Source of the DNA: Candidatus Dormiibacterota bacterium
GTDB lineage: Bacteria > Chloroflexota > Dormibacteria > Aeolococcales > Aeolococcaceae
Assembly (NCBI GenBank): GCA_963709585.1
Contig: CAVPXI010000006.1
Location: 192,001-256,000, forward strand
DNA: 64,000 bases
Reading direction: 5' to 3'
The notes under the pieces are model-generated. The model saw only the letters and a list, made by a program, of their open reading frames with translations, did no database searches and was not told the DNA's origin. Shown piece by piece: positions 1 through 13,207 of the stretch; position 1 is the stretch's first letter, and every line of letters begins with the position of its first letter. Position numbers and translations under genes: made by a program.

Positions 1-499
1 AGATGAACACCGCGCTGTCAACTCCCTGACCGACGAGCGTCGATCCGATGGTTCGCGTCCAGAGGAAGCGGCCGCTGGTCGCGACCTTCAATCTCGCCAT
101 GACGAACGCGTTGAGAAATTCCCCGAGTAGATATGCGCTCAGCGACGCGAGCACGAGGCGCGGGCTCTCACCGAGCACGCGTGCGTACGCCGCCTGGTCG
201 CTGTAGTGCGGATCGGCGGGAACGGCGATTGCGGCGGCGATGAACAGCACGACGATGATGTTCGCGAAGAAGCCGGTCCAAATCACCGTGCGCGCGACGC
301 GGTATCCCCACACCTCGGTGAGCACGTCCCCGAAGAGATACGCGAGCGGGAAGATCACGATTGCCGCGGGCACCGAGAACGGCCCGACCGCGGCGATCTT
401 GACCGCGAGGATGTTCGATGCCACGAGCGTCGCGACGAAGAGCGATGAGATCGTGAGCAGCAGCGGGCTCGGGGGGCGCGTCGGGTTCGGCGGTGTCAT
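1..499 (-). CDS. Queuosine precursor transporter (VUT/YhhQ family), 3' end outside the window
   Basis: Manual minus-strand translation from ATG 499: MTPPNPTRPPSPLLLTISSLFVATLVASNILAVK...IFPLAYLFGDVLTEVWGYRVARTVIWTGF...SAYLLGEFLNAFVMARLK...FLWTRTIGSTLVGQGVDSAVFI, which carries the typical VUT motifs. Absent from the ORF track because it runs off the edge. Confidence 0.85.
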   Translation of the reverse strand, partial: MTPPNPTRPPSPLLLTISSLFVATLVASNILAVKIAAVGPFSVPAAIVIFPLAYLFGDVLTEVWGYRVARTVIWTGFFANIIVVLFIAAAIAVPADPHYSDQAAYARVLGESPRLVLASLSAYLLGEFLNAFVMARLKVATSGRFLWTRTIGSTLVGQGVDSAVFI

Positions 500-529
500 G
501 GGGAGTCGCACAGCGTAGAAGATCTCGCG

Positions 530-1393
530 GTGAGCAGACGCGGCCTGGTGCTCTTCGTGGCGATGTGCGTGATCTGGGGTATCCCGTACCTGCTCATCAA
601 GGTCTCGCTCGAGGGCCTCGGGCCGATCGACCTCGTGTTCGTTCGGTTCGCGCTGGGGGCGCTGCTGCTCGTCCCGATCGCGCTCACCCGTGTCAAGGTC
701 CGTCCGATTCTCGGCCGGTGGGGATGGATCGTCGCCTACACCATCATCGAGATGGGGGTCCCGTGGGTGCTCCTGTCCGATGCGGAGTTGCGCATCTCGA
801 GCTCGCTCTCGGGACTGCTGGTTTCGACGGTGCCGCTCATCGGCGTCGTGATCGGGCTGCTGACGCGGAGCGGGGAGCGCCACGGGTGGCGCCGGATCCT
901 CGGACTCTGCGTCGGGCTCGTCGGGGTCGGCGTGCTCGTCGGTTTCGATGTCTCGTCGTCCACCTTCGGTGCGGTCGCCGAGGTCCTGGTGGTCGCGATC
1001 TGCTACGCCATCGGGCCGTACATCATCAACAGGAAGCTGAGCGACCTTCCCGCCCTCGGGGTGATCGCGAGCTCGCTCCTGCTTGCGGCCGTCGCCTACG
1101 CGCCGGCTGCGATCGTCCAGTTCCCGCATGCGTGGCCCTCAGGGCAGGTGATGGCCGCGGTGCTCACGCTCGGCGTGGTGTGCACCGCTCTCGCGTTCCT
1201 GCTCTTCTTCGCTCTCATCGGCGAGATCGGGCCGGTCCGCGCGACCGTGATCACGTACGTGAACCCCGCGGTCGCGGTGACGCTCGGGGTGCTGTTGCTG
1301 CACGAGCCGCTGACCGGCGGCATCGCCCTCGGGTTCGCCCTCATCCTGGGCGGATCGGTGCTCGCCGCGCGGGCGGCGCCGTCACGGGCCTGA
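530..1393 (+). CDS. DMT/EamA family transporter
   Basis: 287 aa, about 10 TM segments; IWGIPYLLIK and TYVNPAVAVTLGVLLLHE motifs. Confidence 0.9.
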   Translation: MSRRGLVLFVAMCVIWGIPYLLIKVSLEGLGPIDLVFVRFALGALLLVPIALTRVKVRPILGRWGWIVAYTIIEMGVPWVLLSDAELRISSSLSGLLVSTVPLIGVVIGLLTRSGERHGWRRILGLCVGLVGVGVLVGFDVSSSTFGAVAEVLVVAICYAIGPYIINRKLSDLPALGVIASSLLLAAVAYAPAAIVQFPHAWPSGQVMAAVLTLGVVCTALAFLLFFALIGEIGPVRATVITYVNPAVAVTLGVLLLHEPLTGGIALGFALILGGSVLAARAAPSRA

Positions 1394-1400
1394 CCCCGGG

Positions 1401-4037
<2,637 letters not shown>

Positions 4038-4079
4038 GGTCGGTTAATACCACCGCCCGGCGGCGGCTAACCTTGTGCG

Positions 4080-4817
4080 ATGCGTTTGACGGTGCTCGGC
4101 AGCGGCAGCGCGTTCAGCACCTGCGGCTGCAACGCCGGGTACCTCGTCGACGGACGCGTGCTCGTGGACTGCGGCGCGCCCGTGCCCGCACTGATTCGCC
4201 GTGCGGCCACGTCGATCGACGCGATCTCGCTGATCCTGCTCACGCACTTCCACGCGGACCACTGCTTCTCGCTGCCGACCTTGCTCGGTGCCAGGGCGTT
4301 CGCGGGCACCCCCACGCCGGGCGCGCTGGCGATCGCCGGACCGGTCGGGACGCGTGAGTACGTGTCGCGCCTGCTGGGTGCCGGCTACGGCTCGCACATC
4401 CAGCACGACGTCGACGTCAACGTCGCCCCCGAGTACGTGGTGCTGCAGGAGGGCAGCGACGTCGAGATTGCCGGCTATCGGGTGCAAAGCCATGCGGTGG
4501 TGCACAGCACCGGCCCGTCACTTGCGTACCGTTTGAGCGACACCGCGGGTGCCTCGGTCGGGTTCTCCGGTGACAGCGAGCTGTGCGCCGGGCTCCGCCG
4601 TTCGATCGCCGGATGCGACCTCTACGTATGTGAGTGCACCGGGTGGGACGGCCCGACTCCCGGCGGTCATCTGTGGCGCGACGAGGTCGCGGAGCTGATC
4701 GCCGAGAATCCGAGCACGCGGTTTCTGCTGAGCCATCTGAGCGAACGCCGCCACCTGCCGGGCGCACTTGTCGCCCACGACCTGCTCAGCCTGGAGATCG
4801 CCTCGGCCGCAAGGTAG
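4080..4817 (+). CDS. MBL-fold metallo-hydrolase (RNase Z/PhnP-like)
   Basis: LGSGSA, THFHADH, FSGDS, ECT and LSHL motifs. Confidence 0.85.
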   Translation: MRLTVLGSGSAFSTCGCNAGYLVDGRVLVDCGAPVPALIRRAATSIDAISLILLTHFHADHCFSLPTLLGARAFAGTPTPGALAIAGPVGTREYVSRLLGAGYGSHIQHDVDVNVAPEYVVLQEGSDVEIAGYRVQSHAVVHSTGPSLAYRLSDTAGASVGFSGDSELCAGLRRSIAGCDLYVCECTGWDGPTPGGHLWRDEVAELIAENPSTRFLLSHLSERRHLPGALVAHDLLSLEIASAAR

Positions 4818-7077
4818 CCTGGCGGAGCGCTCGTCGCCAGATCCGGAGCGCCTGCGCTCGCTCGGACGGCGTGGCGCCGGATGCGCTGAACTCGGCGCGC
4901 GCGGTCACGTTCGCGAGCTCGCCGAGCGCCGCTCGAGCCCGGGGTCGAGCCCGGGCAAGCCGCGACGCAAATGCCCGGTGGGTCTCGGCTGATCGCCGGT
5001 CGACCCCGGAGATGACCCCTAGGGTCTCCACGCGCTTCCAGGCGCCGGCCAGTGAGCGCGGCAGCAGCATCCAGAGCAGCGCCGCGGCGATCAGGACGAC
5101 GATGCCGCCGAGCGCCGCCAGCGAGATCATTACCGACGCCGGGAGGGATGCGTGGCCCTTCGGAGTCTGGGTCACCTTGGGAGTGCCCACATCCGCAAAG
5201 CCGGGCTTCGGGGTCTTGCCCGAGGCGCTGGTCGGCACGGGAGTCGGCGTCGCGATACCGGCGCCCAGCTGGCCGCGGGGGAATGGTTGATAGTTGCCCT
5301 GGCCGGATGGCGGCGTCGGCTCGAAGGGGATCCACCCGTAGCCGGGAAAATACGCCTCGACCCAGTTGTGGGCGTCACTCGTGGTCACCTCTTCCTGGCG
5401 CTGGCCGGCGCGCCCGCTCTGCGCCCGCGCTGTTCCGGGACCGTATCCACCCACCAGCCGGGTCGGGATCTTGAGGCTGCGCAGCATCGATCCCATCGCC
5501 GACGCGAAGTACTGGCAATAGCCCTTGTGGCTCGTGGTCAGGAAGTAGACGACGTTCCAGGTGTTGGGGTCTGAATTCTGCGGTGGGTTCAGCGTGTATT
5601 GGAAGAGGGCGGGATCACGCAGGTGCTGCTCGATCGCGACCGCCTCGTCGTACGGATCCGCCGGCACCCCCTTGATCCACTGCAACGCGAGGCTGTGGAT
5701 CGCCTCCACACCCTGGCTGACGTCGTCGAGCATCACCGTGTACTGGCGCGTCCACCCCGGATAGTTCGTGCCCGCGGCGCTCAGCTGCGCCGCGGTGGCG
5801 GTCGGGATGTACGCGGTCGTGGCGATGGTGGTGCCCGCGACGATGTCGTGATTGAGTTGCACCTCGTCGACGCTGAGCAGCTGGTTCGCATCAGGTCCCC
5901 CCAGCGTTCCGTACGCGGTGCCCGGAAGGTTGGCTGATGCGGGGTCGCCCGTGAATGGGGCGAGCGGTTCCTCACCGGTCGCGTGCGGCTGCATGGTGAG
6001 CGTTGCCGTGATCGTCTGTTCGCTGCTGCCGACGCCACCGTCCGCGAGATTCGTGTCCCGCGGCAGCGGGCCCGGGGAATACAGGACCCCATTCCCACTG
6101 CCATTCTCTGGATACCAGCTGCCGTTGACGAATTGGGTGTCGTCGGCAATCCGGATGTAGACAGGGGCGATGGTATTGACCGAGTACGTCATGACGAGTT
6201 GCGGATGGCTGGTGAGCGGGCCGCCGAGGGTCACCGACGGGCTGAAGCCGATGGTGTCGGCACCGCCCACCGTGGTGGTCCCGGTGCCTCTCGGGTTCGA
6301 GCCGCTGCCGAGCCCGTGGGGGAAGAGCCGCGCCGAGATGTCCGTCGTCGACACCGGAGGGAGCAGCAGCGCCACGATGGTCAGCACCACCGCAACCCCC
6401 GCCGCGCTGCTCCCGAACCGCCAGCCGAGGCCGTCGAGCGCGGTGATGCGCGACGCCGCCCAACGATCGCCCAGGGATCCCAGGTAGGCGGCGGCGACCA
6501 CCGCGAGCGCGAGCACCACCGCGATCGTCTCGGGCAGGGCGATGGGGTCAGGGTCCTGCGCGTTGACGACATTTGTGGCAAGAACCGAGAAGACCGGAAT
6601 CACCGCGAGAACGCCCCGATGTTCGCGCAGGACCATCCATCCGAGCCAGTACCCGCAGAGGAAGAGGATCGCGCACAGGCCCACCGTAAAATCCCAGTCC
6701 TGTGTCGAGGCGAGCCCGGACACGAGCGCGCTCAGATAGTGCCCGGCGATAACGCCCGCGGTCTGGCCTGGAACAGCCGGCATCGCCGCGAGTGTCGTCG
6801 GGACGATGGCCGCGAGCCCGAGAAATGGGGCGGCGACCGCGGCGGCGATGCGCGGGGCGCGCGCCTGGGCGAGCAGCGCCGCCTCGATCACCGATGTGAC
6901 CGCGACCACGATCGCGCCGCCGCCGCCCTGAACCCAGCCGGCGGCCAGCACCGCCCAGGCCGTCGCCGCGATCAGGGCGACGCAGAGGACCGCTGCTATC
7001 TCGAAGCTGTAGCTCCTGCCCGATGCGGTTCGTGCCCGATCGCGGAGTTGGACGGTGCGGTCGACGTAGGCGTCCAT
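4786..7077 (-). CDS. Membrane transglutaminase-like protein (TgpA-like)
   Basis: N-terminal multi-TM region; catalytic GYCQYFASAM, AHNWVE, FEPTP; last gene of the MoxR-DUF58 operon; start placed at MDAYVD. Confidence 0.88.
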   Translation of the reverse strand: MDAYVDRTVQLRDRARTASGRSYSFEIAAVLCVALIAATAWAVLAAGWVQGGGGAIVVAVTSVIEAALLAQARAPRIAAAVAAPFLGLAAIVPTTLAAMPAVPGQTAGVIAGHYLSALVSGLASTQDWDFTVGLCAILFLCGYWLGWMVLREHRGVLAVIPVFSVLATNVVNAQDPDPIALPETIAVVLALAVVAAAYLGSLGDRWAASRITALDGLGWRFGSSAAGVAVVLTIVALLLPPVSTTDISARLFPHGLGSGSNPRGTGTTTVGGADTIGFSPSVTLGGPLTSHPQLVMTYSVNTIAPVYIRIADDTQFVNGSWYPENGSGNGVLYSPGPLPRDTNLADGGVGSSEQTITATLTMQPHATGEEPLAPFTGDPASANLPGTAYGTLGGPDANQLLSVDEVQLNHDIVAGTTIATTAYIPTATAAQLSAAGTNYPGWTRQYTVMLDDVSQGVEAIHSLALQWIKGVPADPYDEAVAIEQHLRDPALFQYTLNPPQNSDPNTWNVVYFLTTSHKGYCQYFASAMGSMLRSLKIPTRLVGGYGPGTARAQSGRAGQRQEEVTTSDAHNWVEAYFPGYGWIPFEPTPPSGQGNYQPFPRGQLGAGIATPTPVPTSASGKTPKPGFADVGTPKVTQTPKGHASLPASVMISLAALGGIVVLIAAALLWMLLPRSLAGAWKRVETLGVISGVDRRSAETHRAFASRLARARPRARAALGELANVTARAEFSASGATPSERAQALRIWRRALRQATLRPRRSPG

Positions 7078-7081
7078 GCCG

Positions 7082-8276
7082 TCAGCCGGTTGCCGACGCG
7101 CGCTCGCCCGACCCGAGCACATCGCCGCGACGGACCACCCACCAGTCGAGGGCAAGGCGCCACGACGCCGGTATGCGCAACGCCTGTCCGGTAGCTCCGA
7201 ACGACGTCGGCTCGATGAAGATGCAGAGATGGCGCTGGCCGCGGGTGGCGCTGTCGACCAGCGCCTCCACCCAGGCGCTCGAACGGTTGGGGGTGATCAC
7301 CACCATGCCGCCGCGTCCACGCCAGCCGTCGCCGTACTTGCTGATCGTCTCGGCCAGACTCCGCACCCCGTCGTCGGTGGCGAGCGCGAGAAAGTCGAGG
7401 AGCCGGAGGCGCTGCACCTCGCCGCGCCCGGCGCCGAAGTTCGTGGCGTTGCGCGAATTGGTGACCAGGCCCACGGCCTGACCGCGCCGGATCGCCCCGT
7501 GCAGCACCGACGCGGTGATCGAGATGGCGTATTCGATCGAGGAACTCAATGCCGGTGCCGGCATGCACGCCGCGTTCGAGGTCGAGAACGATGAGCAGGT
7601 CGGCGCTCTGGCCGGTGTCGAACGTCCGGCTGATCAATCTGCCGGTGCGCGCGGTCGACGCCCAGTGGATGCGGCTCAGCCCGTCGGTTGGGGCGTAATC
7701 GCGGATGGTCGAGACGTCGGGCGGCACGTCAACCGGCTGGCCGCGATGCGCCTCGGCGACACCGTTGCCACTCCATTGCGGCACGCTGTGCAGAAGCGCG
7801 TGAATCGCCGGGTAGACGACCACCTCGTTCTCGGGCGCGACCCGGATACGTCGCGGAAAGAGCCCGAAGGGGTCGCCGAGGCGCGCCTCGAGCGGACCGA
7901 AGTGATGCACACCGCGGAGGTTGAACATGCCCCGCGCGGTCCAGGTGACCGTCCCGCCGGCAGCCAGCGCGAAGGCACGTCCGGGCGTGTAGCCGGGGAG
8001 CTTGGTGCCGTCGCGAACCTCGCAGTAGGGAAGGCGAAGCCCGCTTTCATTCTTGACCGTGAAGGTCTCCTCGAACGGCTCACCCATCATGAACGACCCC
8101 TGCGGCGATTCGCGAGTGACCCGGAGCTTGCGGGCGAGCAGGCGAGACCAGACGTAGGCCACCGCCAGGAGCAGTACGAGCACGTACGCCAATGTGTACG
8201 CAAGACGGACGCCGGTGATCCCGGCAAAGAATGCGAGGACCGCCACGCACGCGATCAGCGGCACGCGCGCGGTCAC
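7082..8276 (-). CDS. DUF58 domain protein, split by a +1 insertion at ~7543 (probable sequencing error)
   Basis: DPFGLF, IRDYAPTDGLSRIHWASTAR; removing one base (GAGTTC to GAGTC) joins ORF 6996..8276 to ORF 7082..7564 as GTGIESSIEYAISITAS. Confidence 0.8.
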
Positions 8277-8307
8277 GACGCGCTCCGGGCGCGCGCCGCG
8301 ATGCCGG

Positions 8308-9264
8308 TCACGCCAGGCGCCGGCCCGTCATCGGCACCGACTCCGTCGCCAGCACCTCGTCAAGCACCGAGGCGGCGGTGAGACCGCGCAGTTCGGCATT
8401 GGGCCGGAGCATGACCCGATGCTCGAGCACGTTGGCGGCAATGTCCTTGATGTCGTCGGGGAGCACGAAATCGCGACCGGCGAGCGCTGCACGGGCCTGT
8501 CCCGCATGGAGCAGGCCGAGCGTGCCGCGAGGGGAGGAGCCGAGCGATACGTCTCGGTGCTCCCGGGTGCGCCGAACGATGCGCACGCAGTACTCCTTGA
8601 GCGACGCGTCGCAGTAGATGCCGCGGCACACCTCCTGCGCCGCCTTGATCTCGTCGGCGTCGGTGACCGGTGTGAGCGCTTCCAGCGGGCTGCCTGACTG
8701 GAAGCGATCGAGCATCGCCACCTCTTCGTCGGCGGGAAGGTACCCGAGGCGCAACTTGAGGAGGAAACGATCGACCTGCGCCTCGGGGAGCGGGAACGTT
8801 CCACCGAGCTCGATGGGGTTCTGCGTCGCCAGGACCATGAATGGCTCGGGGAGTGGATGGCTGGTGCCGTCCACGGTCACCTGCCACTCCTCCATCGCCT
8901 CGAGCAGCGCCGACTGGGTTTTCGGCGTCGCTCGATTGATCTCGTCGGCGAGCAGCACCTGGGCGAAGATCGGTCCCCGGCGGAACTCGAAGGTTTGCGC
9001 CTGCGGGTTGTAGACGCTCACCCCGGTCACATCACCGGGAAGCAGGTCCGGGGTGAATTGCACCCGCTCGAAGCTGCACCCGCTGCTCCGGGCCAGTGCC
9101 TTGGCCAGGAGCGTCTTGCCGGTGCCCGGAACGTCCTCGATCAGAAGGTGGCCGTGGCACAGAAGCCCCACGATGCAGAGTTCGATCTCCGCTTCCTTCC
9201 CGACGATGACCGTCCCAAGGCTCTCCCGCAGACGCCGTGCCATTGCCTGGACATCGACGTTCAT
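8308..9264 (-). CDS. MoxR family AAA+ ATPase
   Basis: IEDVPGTGKT, RVQFTPDLLPGD, LADEINRATPKTQSALLEAM, ATQNPIE. Confidence 0.95.
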   Translation of the reverse strand: MNVDVQAMARRLRESLGTVIVGKEAEIELCIVGLLCHGHLLIEDVPGTGKTLLAKALARSSGCSFERVQFTPDLLPGDVTGVSVYNPQAQTFEFRRGPIFAQVLLADEINRATPKTQSALLEAMEEWQVTVDGTSHPLPEPFMVLATQNPIELGGTFPLPEAQVDRFLLKLRLGYLPADEEVAMLDRFQSGSPLEALTPVTDADEIKAAQEVCRGIYCDASLKEYCVRIVRRTREHRDVSLGSSPRGTLGLLHAGQARAALAGRDFVLPDDIKDIAANVLEHRVMLRPNAELRGLTAASVLDEVLATESVPMTGRRLA

Positions 9265-9452
9265 GGTGATCCTCGCGCCTTCTCAACCGGGCTGGTGAGT
9301 CAGTTGACCTTGCCCGGAGTATACGGTCGTCGGCTACAGTTCCAGCATCACCCAACAGGGTGACCGGCACGACCGCGCCAAAGCGTTGTATAACTGCACC
9401 TTGAGATCCATGGCTGGGGTCTCCATACGCGGACGGTCTGGAGGAGGAGGAA

Positions 9453-9710
9453 TTGGCAGAGCGCGAGGAAGAGATCCTCACAACTGGCGAAGCGGCGGCA
9501 CTCTGCGGTGTGTCCCGTTCGACGCTCCGTCGCGCCGTCGCTCAGGGTCACTTGCGCGCCTGGCACACGCCCGGAAAGCACCTTCGGTTCACGCGCGCCG
9601 CGTGTCTGGAGTTCGCGCAATCACTGGGCAGGGTCGACCTCATCGGCCAGTCCTATCGCGAGGTTCCTGTTACCGGGCAACCCGCGCAGGCAGGGGTCGT
9701 CGGGGGCTGA
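9453..9710 (+). CDS. Excisionase/MerR-like helix-turn-helix DNA-binding protein
   Basis: LTTGEAAALCGVSRSTLRRAV...TPGKHLRF; strong SD (GGAGGAGG) before a TTG start. Confidence 0.75.
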   Translation: MAEREEEILTTGEAAALCGVSRSTLRRAVAQGHLRAWHTPGKHLRFTRAACLEFAQSLGRVDLIGQSYREVPVTGQPAQAGVVGG

Positions 9711-9735
9711 TCCGCGATCCTGCCGGGTGTCGCCT

Positions 9736-10245
9736 CTAGCGTTTTCCGGACAGCAGGCCGCCGACCGAGCCACCGAACAGAGCGAGCAGGTCGCCGCTGA
9801 AGAGATTGCCCAGGTCCATCGGGCCGAGGTCGATCAGGTGATGGCTGTTGGTGGCGAGCGACGCCGCGATGGTCGATGACTCCTGGAAGAAGGTGTAGAC
9901 CGCGCCGACCGCAATGAAGCCGACGGCGACGACGATGCCCTGGTAGAGACCGAAACGGCCCGCGAGCCTCGCGGCGAGCCAGCCGCCGAGGATCACCGCG
10001 AGGAGGGTCGCCACACCGACGACGCCACCGTCGAGGCTGCCCGATGAGCCGAAGGCCGCGTTGGCGGCGATGAGCCCGGCGTTGCTGATGACCAGGAGGG
10101 CGACCTCGCCGACCAGCAGCCCGACCAGGCAGTGACGCCAGGAGATCGTGTGCCCCGAGTAGACCGCCGCCGGGGCCGGCGAACGCCGCGAGCCGGTGCT
10201 GGCCGACGTCTGCCGCCGCTTCGGAGACCGCGTTTCGGTGGCCAT
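9736..10245 (-). CDS. Small multi-pass membrane protein
   Basis: About 4 hydrophobic helices; TATACT -10 box 7 nt upstream of ATG 10245. Confidence 0.7.
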   Translation of the reverse strand: MATETRSPKRRQTSASTGSRRSPAPAAVYSGHTISWRHCLVGLLVGEVALLVISNAGLIAANAAFGSSGSLDGGVVGVATLLAVILGGWLAARLAGRFGLYQGIVVAVGFIAVGAVYTFFQESSTIAASLATNSHHLIDLGPMDLGNLFSGDLLALFGGSVGGLLSGKR

Positions 10246-10322
10246 CGCGTGGAGTATACGAATCTGTCGCCAGCCGGCCGCGATCGGTTTTCGCGGCAGC
10301 GCGGCATCTACGCTGCGCTCGC

Positions 10323-11924
10323 ATGACAACCCTCGTCCGCGCCGCGCCAGCGCCACCCGCGCCCGCAGCGCCAAGGCCGCCGGGACGCCTGCTCGCCTGG
10401 CTTTCGGATCCGCGCAGCGCGCTGCTGGCGGCGGCCCTGCTCCTGAGCGGCGCCGTCGGTCTCGACGCGCTGAGCGACCCGGATGTGTGGTGGCATATCC
10501 GGCTCGGCGACTGGATCATCGCCCACCACCAGATTCCGGCCGGCGAGCTGTTCGCCTACACGGCATTCGGCAATCCGCTGGTTGCGCACGAATGGCTGTC
10601 GGAAACGATCTTCGCCGCCCTGGCTGCGGTCGGAGGATTGCTCCTGGTCACCGCGCTGATGGGGCTCGTGGCCTGGAGCGCCATGGTCGCCACCGTGCTC
10701 CGCGGTCGTCTTCGCGGCGCCGGTCCGGTGGTGCTCGCAATCGGACTTGCCCTTGGCGCCCGTGCCGCGGAGCCGGTGCTCGGCACGCGACCCCAGGTGT
10801 TCACCTTTGCGCTGGTCTGCTGGACGCTCTGGATCGCCGAGTCGTACCTGCGCTCCGGCGGCCGGCGCCGGTGGTTGCTGCCCCTGCTGTTTTTGCTGTG
10901 GGCAAACCTGCATGCCGGTTTCATCGCGGGCATCGGCTTGCTCGTGATCGTCGTCGTCGTCGAGGCCGTCAAGCGACGGTGGTCGATCGGGGCCGTCGCG
11001 TCGCGGCAACACATCACCGGCCTCGCCGTCGCCGTGGGCGCTTCGGCGCTCGCGGCATGCCTCAACCCGTACGGACCGTGGCTCTACATCTTCGCTGCCA
11101 CGACCGGTGCCACCGAGCGCCAGAAGGGCATCATCGAATGGCAGTCGCCCAACTTCGCGGACCCGGCGATGTGGGTGCTTCTCGCGCTCCTGCTCAGCTT
11201 CGCGGCGCTCACCGTCACGGTCCTTGCCCGTCCATCGTTGCGGCGTCACTTCGAGCTTCGCGACTTCGCGCTCGCCGCGGTCGGTGCGGCGCTCGCGCTC
11301 ATGTCGGTGCGCAACACCGCCATCTGCGTCGCGGTGATGATCCCGGCATGGACGGCGATGGCTGCGGGGTTGCTGCGTTCGCTGGACATTCGCCGCTCGC
11401 GGCAGTCTGCGGGGGCGCGATCACGACGCGCTGCGCCGGTCATGGGTGCGGCGCTGATCGCGATCGGCGTGTTCGGTGTCGGCGCCGTCGGGGCACGGGT
11501 CGCGCGGAGCGCATCGCCGCAGGGGATCGCCGCCGCATATCCGGCGTGCGCGACCGCGCTGCTCGCGCGCAGTCCCACCACTCAGCGCGTGTTCACCGCG
11601 TATGGGACCGGCGGCTACGTGATCTACCGGCTCTGGCCGCAGGCATCCGTATATGAGTACGGGGAATCGATATCGCTCGGCACCGCGGTCTTCGACCGCT
11701 ACCTGCGCATCGCCGCCGGTGTGACCACAACGCCGACCGCGTTGCAGTTGCTGGCGTCGAGCGGCACCACCGCGGTGCTCTCATCGAGGGGCGCTCTCAC
11801 CGACGAGCTCAGCGCCACGCCGGCGTGGACGCTGAGCGTCGACGACCACGGCATGCTCCTGTTTCTCCGTGGCGACCCCTCGTGGGCGATGGGCGCCTCC
11901 TGCGCGACTGCCGCGCCGGGCTGA
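10323..11924 (+). CDS. Polytopic membrane protein, possible GT-C glycosyltransferase
   Basis: DPDVWWHIRLG, HEWL, RPQVFT, LWANLHAGF, NPYG and IIEWQSP motifs; about 11 TM segments. Confidence 0.7.
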   Translation: MTTLVRAAPAPPAPAAPRPPGRLLAWLSDPRSALLAAALLLSGAVGLDALSDPDVWWHIRLGDWIIAHHQIPAGELFAYTAFGNPLVAHEWLSETIFAALAAVGGLLLVTALMGLVAWSAMVATVLRGRLRGAGPVVLAIGLALGARAAEPVLGTRPQVFTFALVCWTLWIAESYLRSGGRRRWLLPLLFLLWANLHAGFIAGIGLLVIVVVVEAVKRRWSIGAVASRQHITGLAVAVGASALAACLNPYGPWLYIFAATTGATERQKGIIEWQSPNFADPAMWVLLALLLSFAALTVTVLARPSLRRHFELRDFALAAVGAALALMSVRNTAICVAVMIPAWTAMAAGLLRSLDIRRSRQSAGARSRRAAPVMGAALIAIGVFGVGAVGARVARSASPQGIAAAYPACATALLARSPTTQRVFTAYGTGGYVIYRLWPQASVYEYGESISLGTAVFDRYLRIAAGVTTTPTALQLLASSGTTAVLSSRGALTDELSATPAWTLSVDDHGMLLFLRGDPSWAMGASCATAAPG

Positions 11925-11967
11925 TCCCTGCTCCAGCTGCGGCGCTGCAGGAGTACGGTCGACGACC

Positions 11968-12561
11968 ATGCGACTGATCGGCGTCACCGGGGGAATCGCA
12001 ACCGGCAAGAGCACCGTTGACCGGATGCTCGCCGACCATGGCGCGATCGTCATCGACGCCGACGAGCTCGCCCGCGAGGCGGTGCGTCCCGGCGAGCCCA
12101 CCCTCGACGAGGTGGCAACACGCTTCGGACGGGATGTGATCCGGCCCGACGGCACCCTCGACCGCGGCCGCGTCGGCGAGATCGTGTTCGCCGATGCCGA
12201 GGCACGCCGCGACCTCGAGCGGATCACCCATCCGCGGATCATGGAGTTGATGCAGGAACGCATCGCCGCCGCGCTCGCAAGTCCGGTGCCGCTGGTCGCA
12301 GTCGACGTCCCATTGCTCTTCGAGAGCGCGCGCGAGGCCATGTTCGAAGGGGTGCTGCTCGTCTACGCGCCGCGCGACGTGCAGCTCCGGAGGCTGCGCG
12401 AGCGCAATGGCCTCGACGAAGACGCTGCGCTGCAACGTCTCGCCGCCCAGCTGCCGATCGACGAGAAGCGCGACCGGGCGACCTGGATCATCGACAACAG
12501 CCACGGCATCGACGCGACGGCGCGCGCCGTCGACCTCTGGTGGGCGACCGCCGTCAGATAG
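11968..12561 (+). CDS. coaE: Dephospho-CoA kinase
   Basis: IGVTGGIATGKST, DADELAR, THPRI, DVPLLFE. Confidence 0.95.
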   Translation: MRLIGVTGGIATGKSTVDRMLADHGAIVIDADELAREAVRPGEPTLDEVATRFGRDVIRPDGTLDRGRVGEIVFADAEARRDLERITHPRIMELMQERIAAALASPVPLVAVDVPLLFESAREAMFEGVLLVYAPRDVQLRRLRERNGLDEDAALQRLAAQLPIDEKRDRATWIIDNSHGIDATARAVDLWWATAVR

Positions 12562-13207
12562 CCGCGCGCCCTGCGAGGCCGTCGAGCAGCATCTCGAGCA
12601 TCTGCGTCTCGTCGCCGGCGAACGCCGCGGGAGCGTCACGGCGCAGGGTGCCCATCACGTAGCCGCTGAGCACCATCTCGGCCGCGCCGAAGACCACGTA
12701 GCTGGCAAGCTGGGGATCAACGCCGGCACCGACTTCGCCACGGTCGCGTGCTCTGCGGATGATCTGCTCGATTGCCTCGAAAGCCACCATCACGGTGCCG
12801 ATATCGTGCGATTCGAGAAACTCGTACGAGCAAGTCACCTCGTTGATCATCACGGTCATCAAGTCGGGCTCGCGTCGGTAGACCTCGACCCAGAAGTGCA
12901 CCAGCAGGCGCATCTGCTCGCGGAAGCCGACGTCCGTGTCGCCGACCTCGTGGAGGTAGGTGACGTACTGCGCCCAGCGCTCGGTGAAGATCGCCGCGAG
13001 GATGTCCTCCTTGTTGTGAAAGTAGTGATAGACGAGCCCGTACGCGATGCCGGCGTGCTCGGCGATCTCGGCGACCTTCGCACCGTGGAACCCGGACCGA
13101 GCGAACACCTCGGTGGCAGCGGCGATGATGCGTTCACGCGTCTGCGCGCTCCGCGTGGTTCGAGGCGCGTGGCGCGGCGTTTGCGCCGCCTGGCCGGCCG
13201 GGGTCAT
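12554..13207 (-). CDS. TetR/AcrR family regulator
   Basis: N-terminal HTH FARSGFHGAKVAEIAEHAGIAYGLVYHYFHNKEDIL. Confidence 0.92.
   Translation of the reverse strand: MTPAGQAAQTPRHAPRTTRSAQTRERIIAAATEVFARSGFHGAKVAEIAEHAGIAYGLVYHYFHNKEDILAAIFTERWAQYVTYLHEVGDTDVGFREQMRLLVHFWVEVYRREPDLMTVMINEVTCSYEFLESHDIGTVMVAFEAIEQIIRRARDRGEVGAGVDPQLASYVVFGAAEMVLSGYVMGTLRRDAPAAFAGDETQMLEMLLDGLAGRAAI

Noticed and set aside
9453-9710. Excisionase-like gene as evidence of a prophage or ICE
   Set aside because: It is isolated among housekeeping genes with no integrase or phage genes; such HTH proteins commonly act as regulators.
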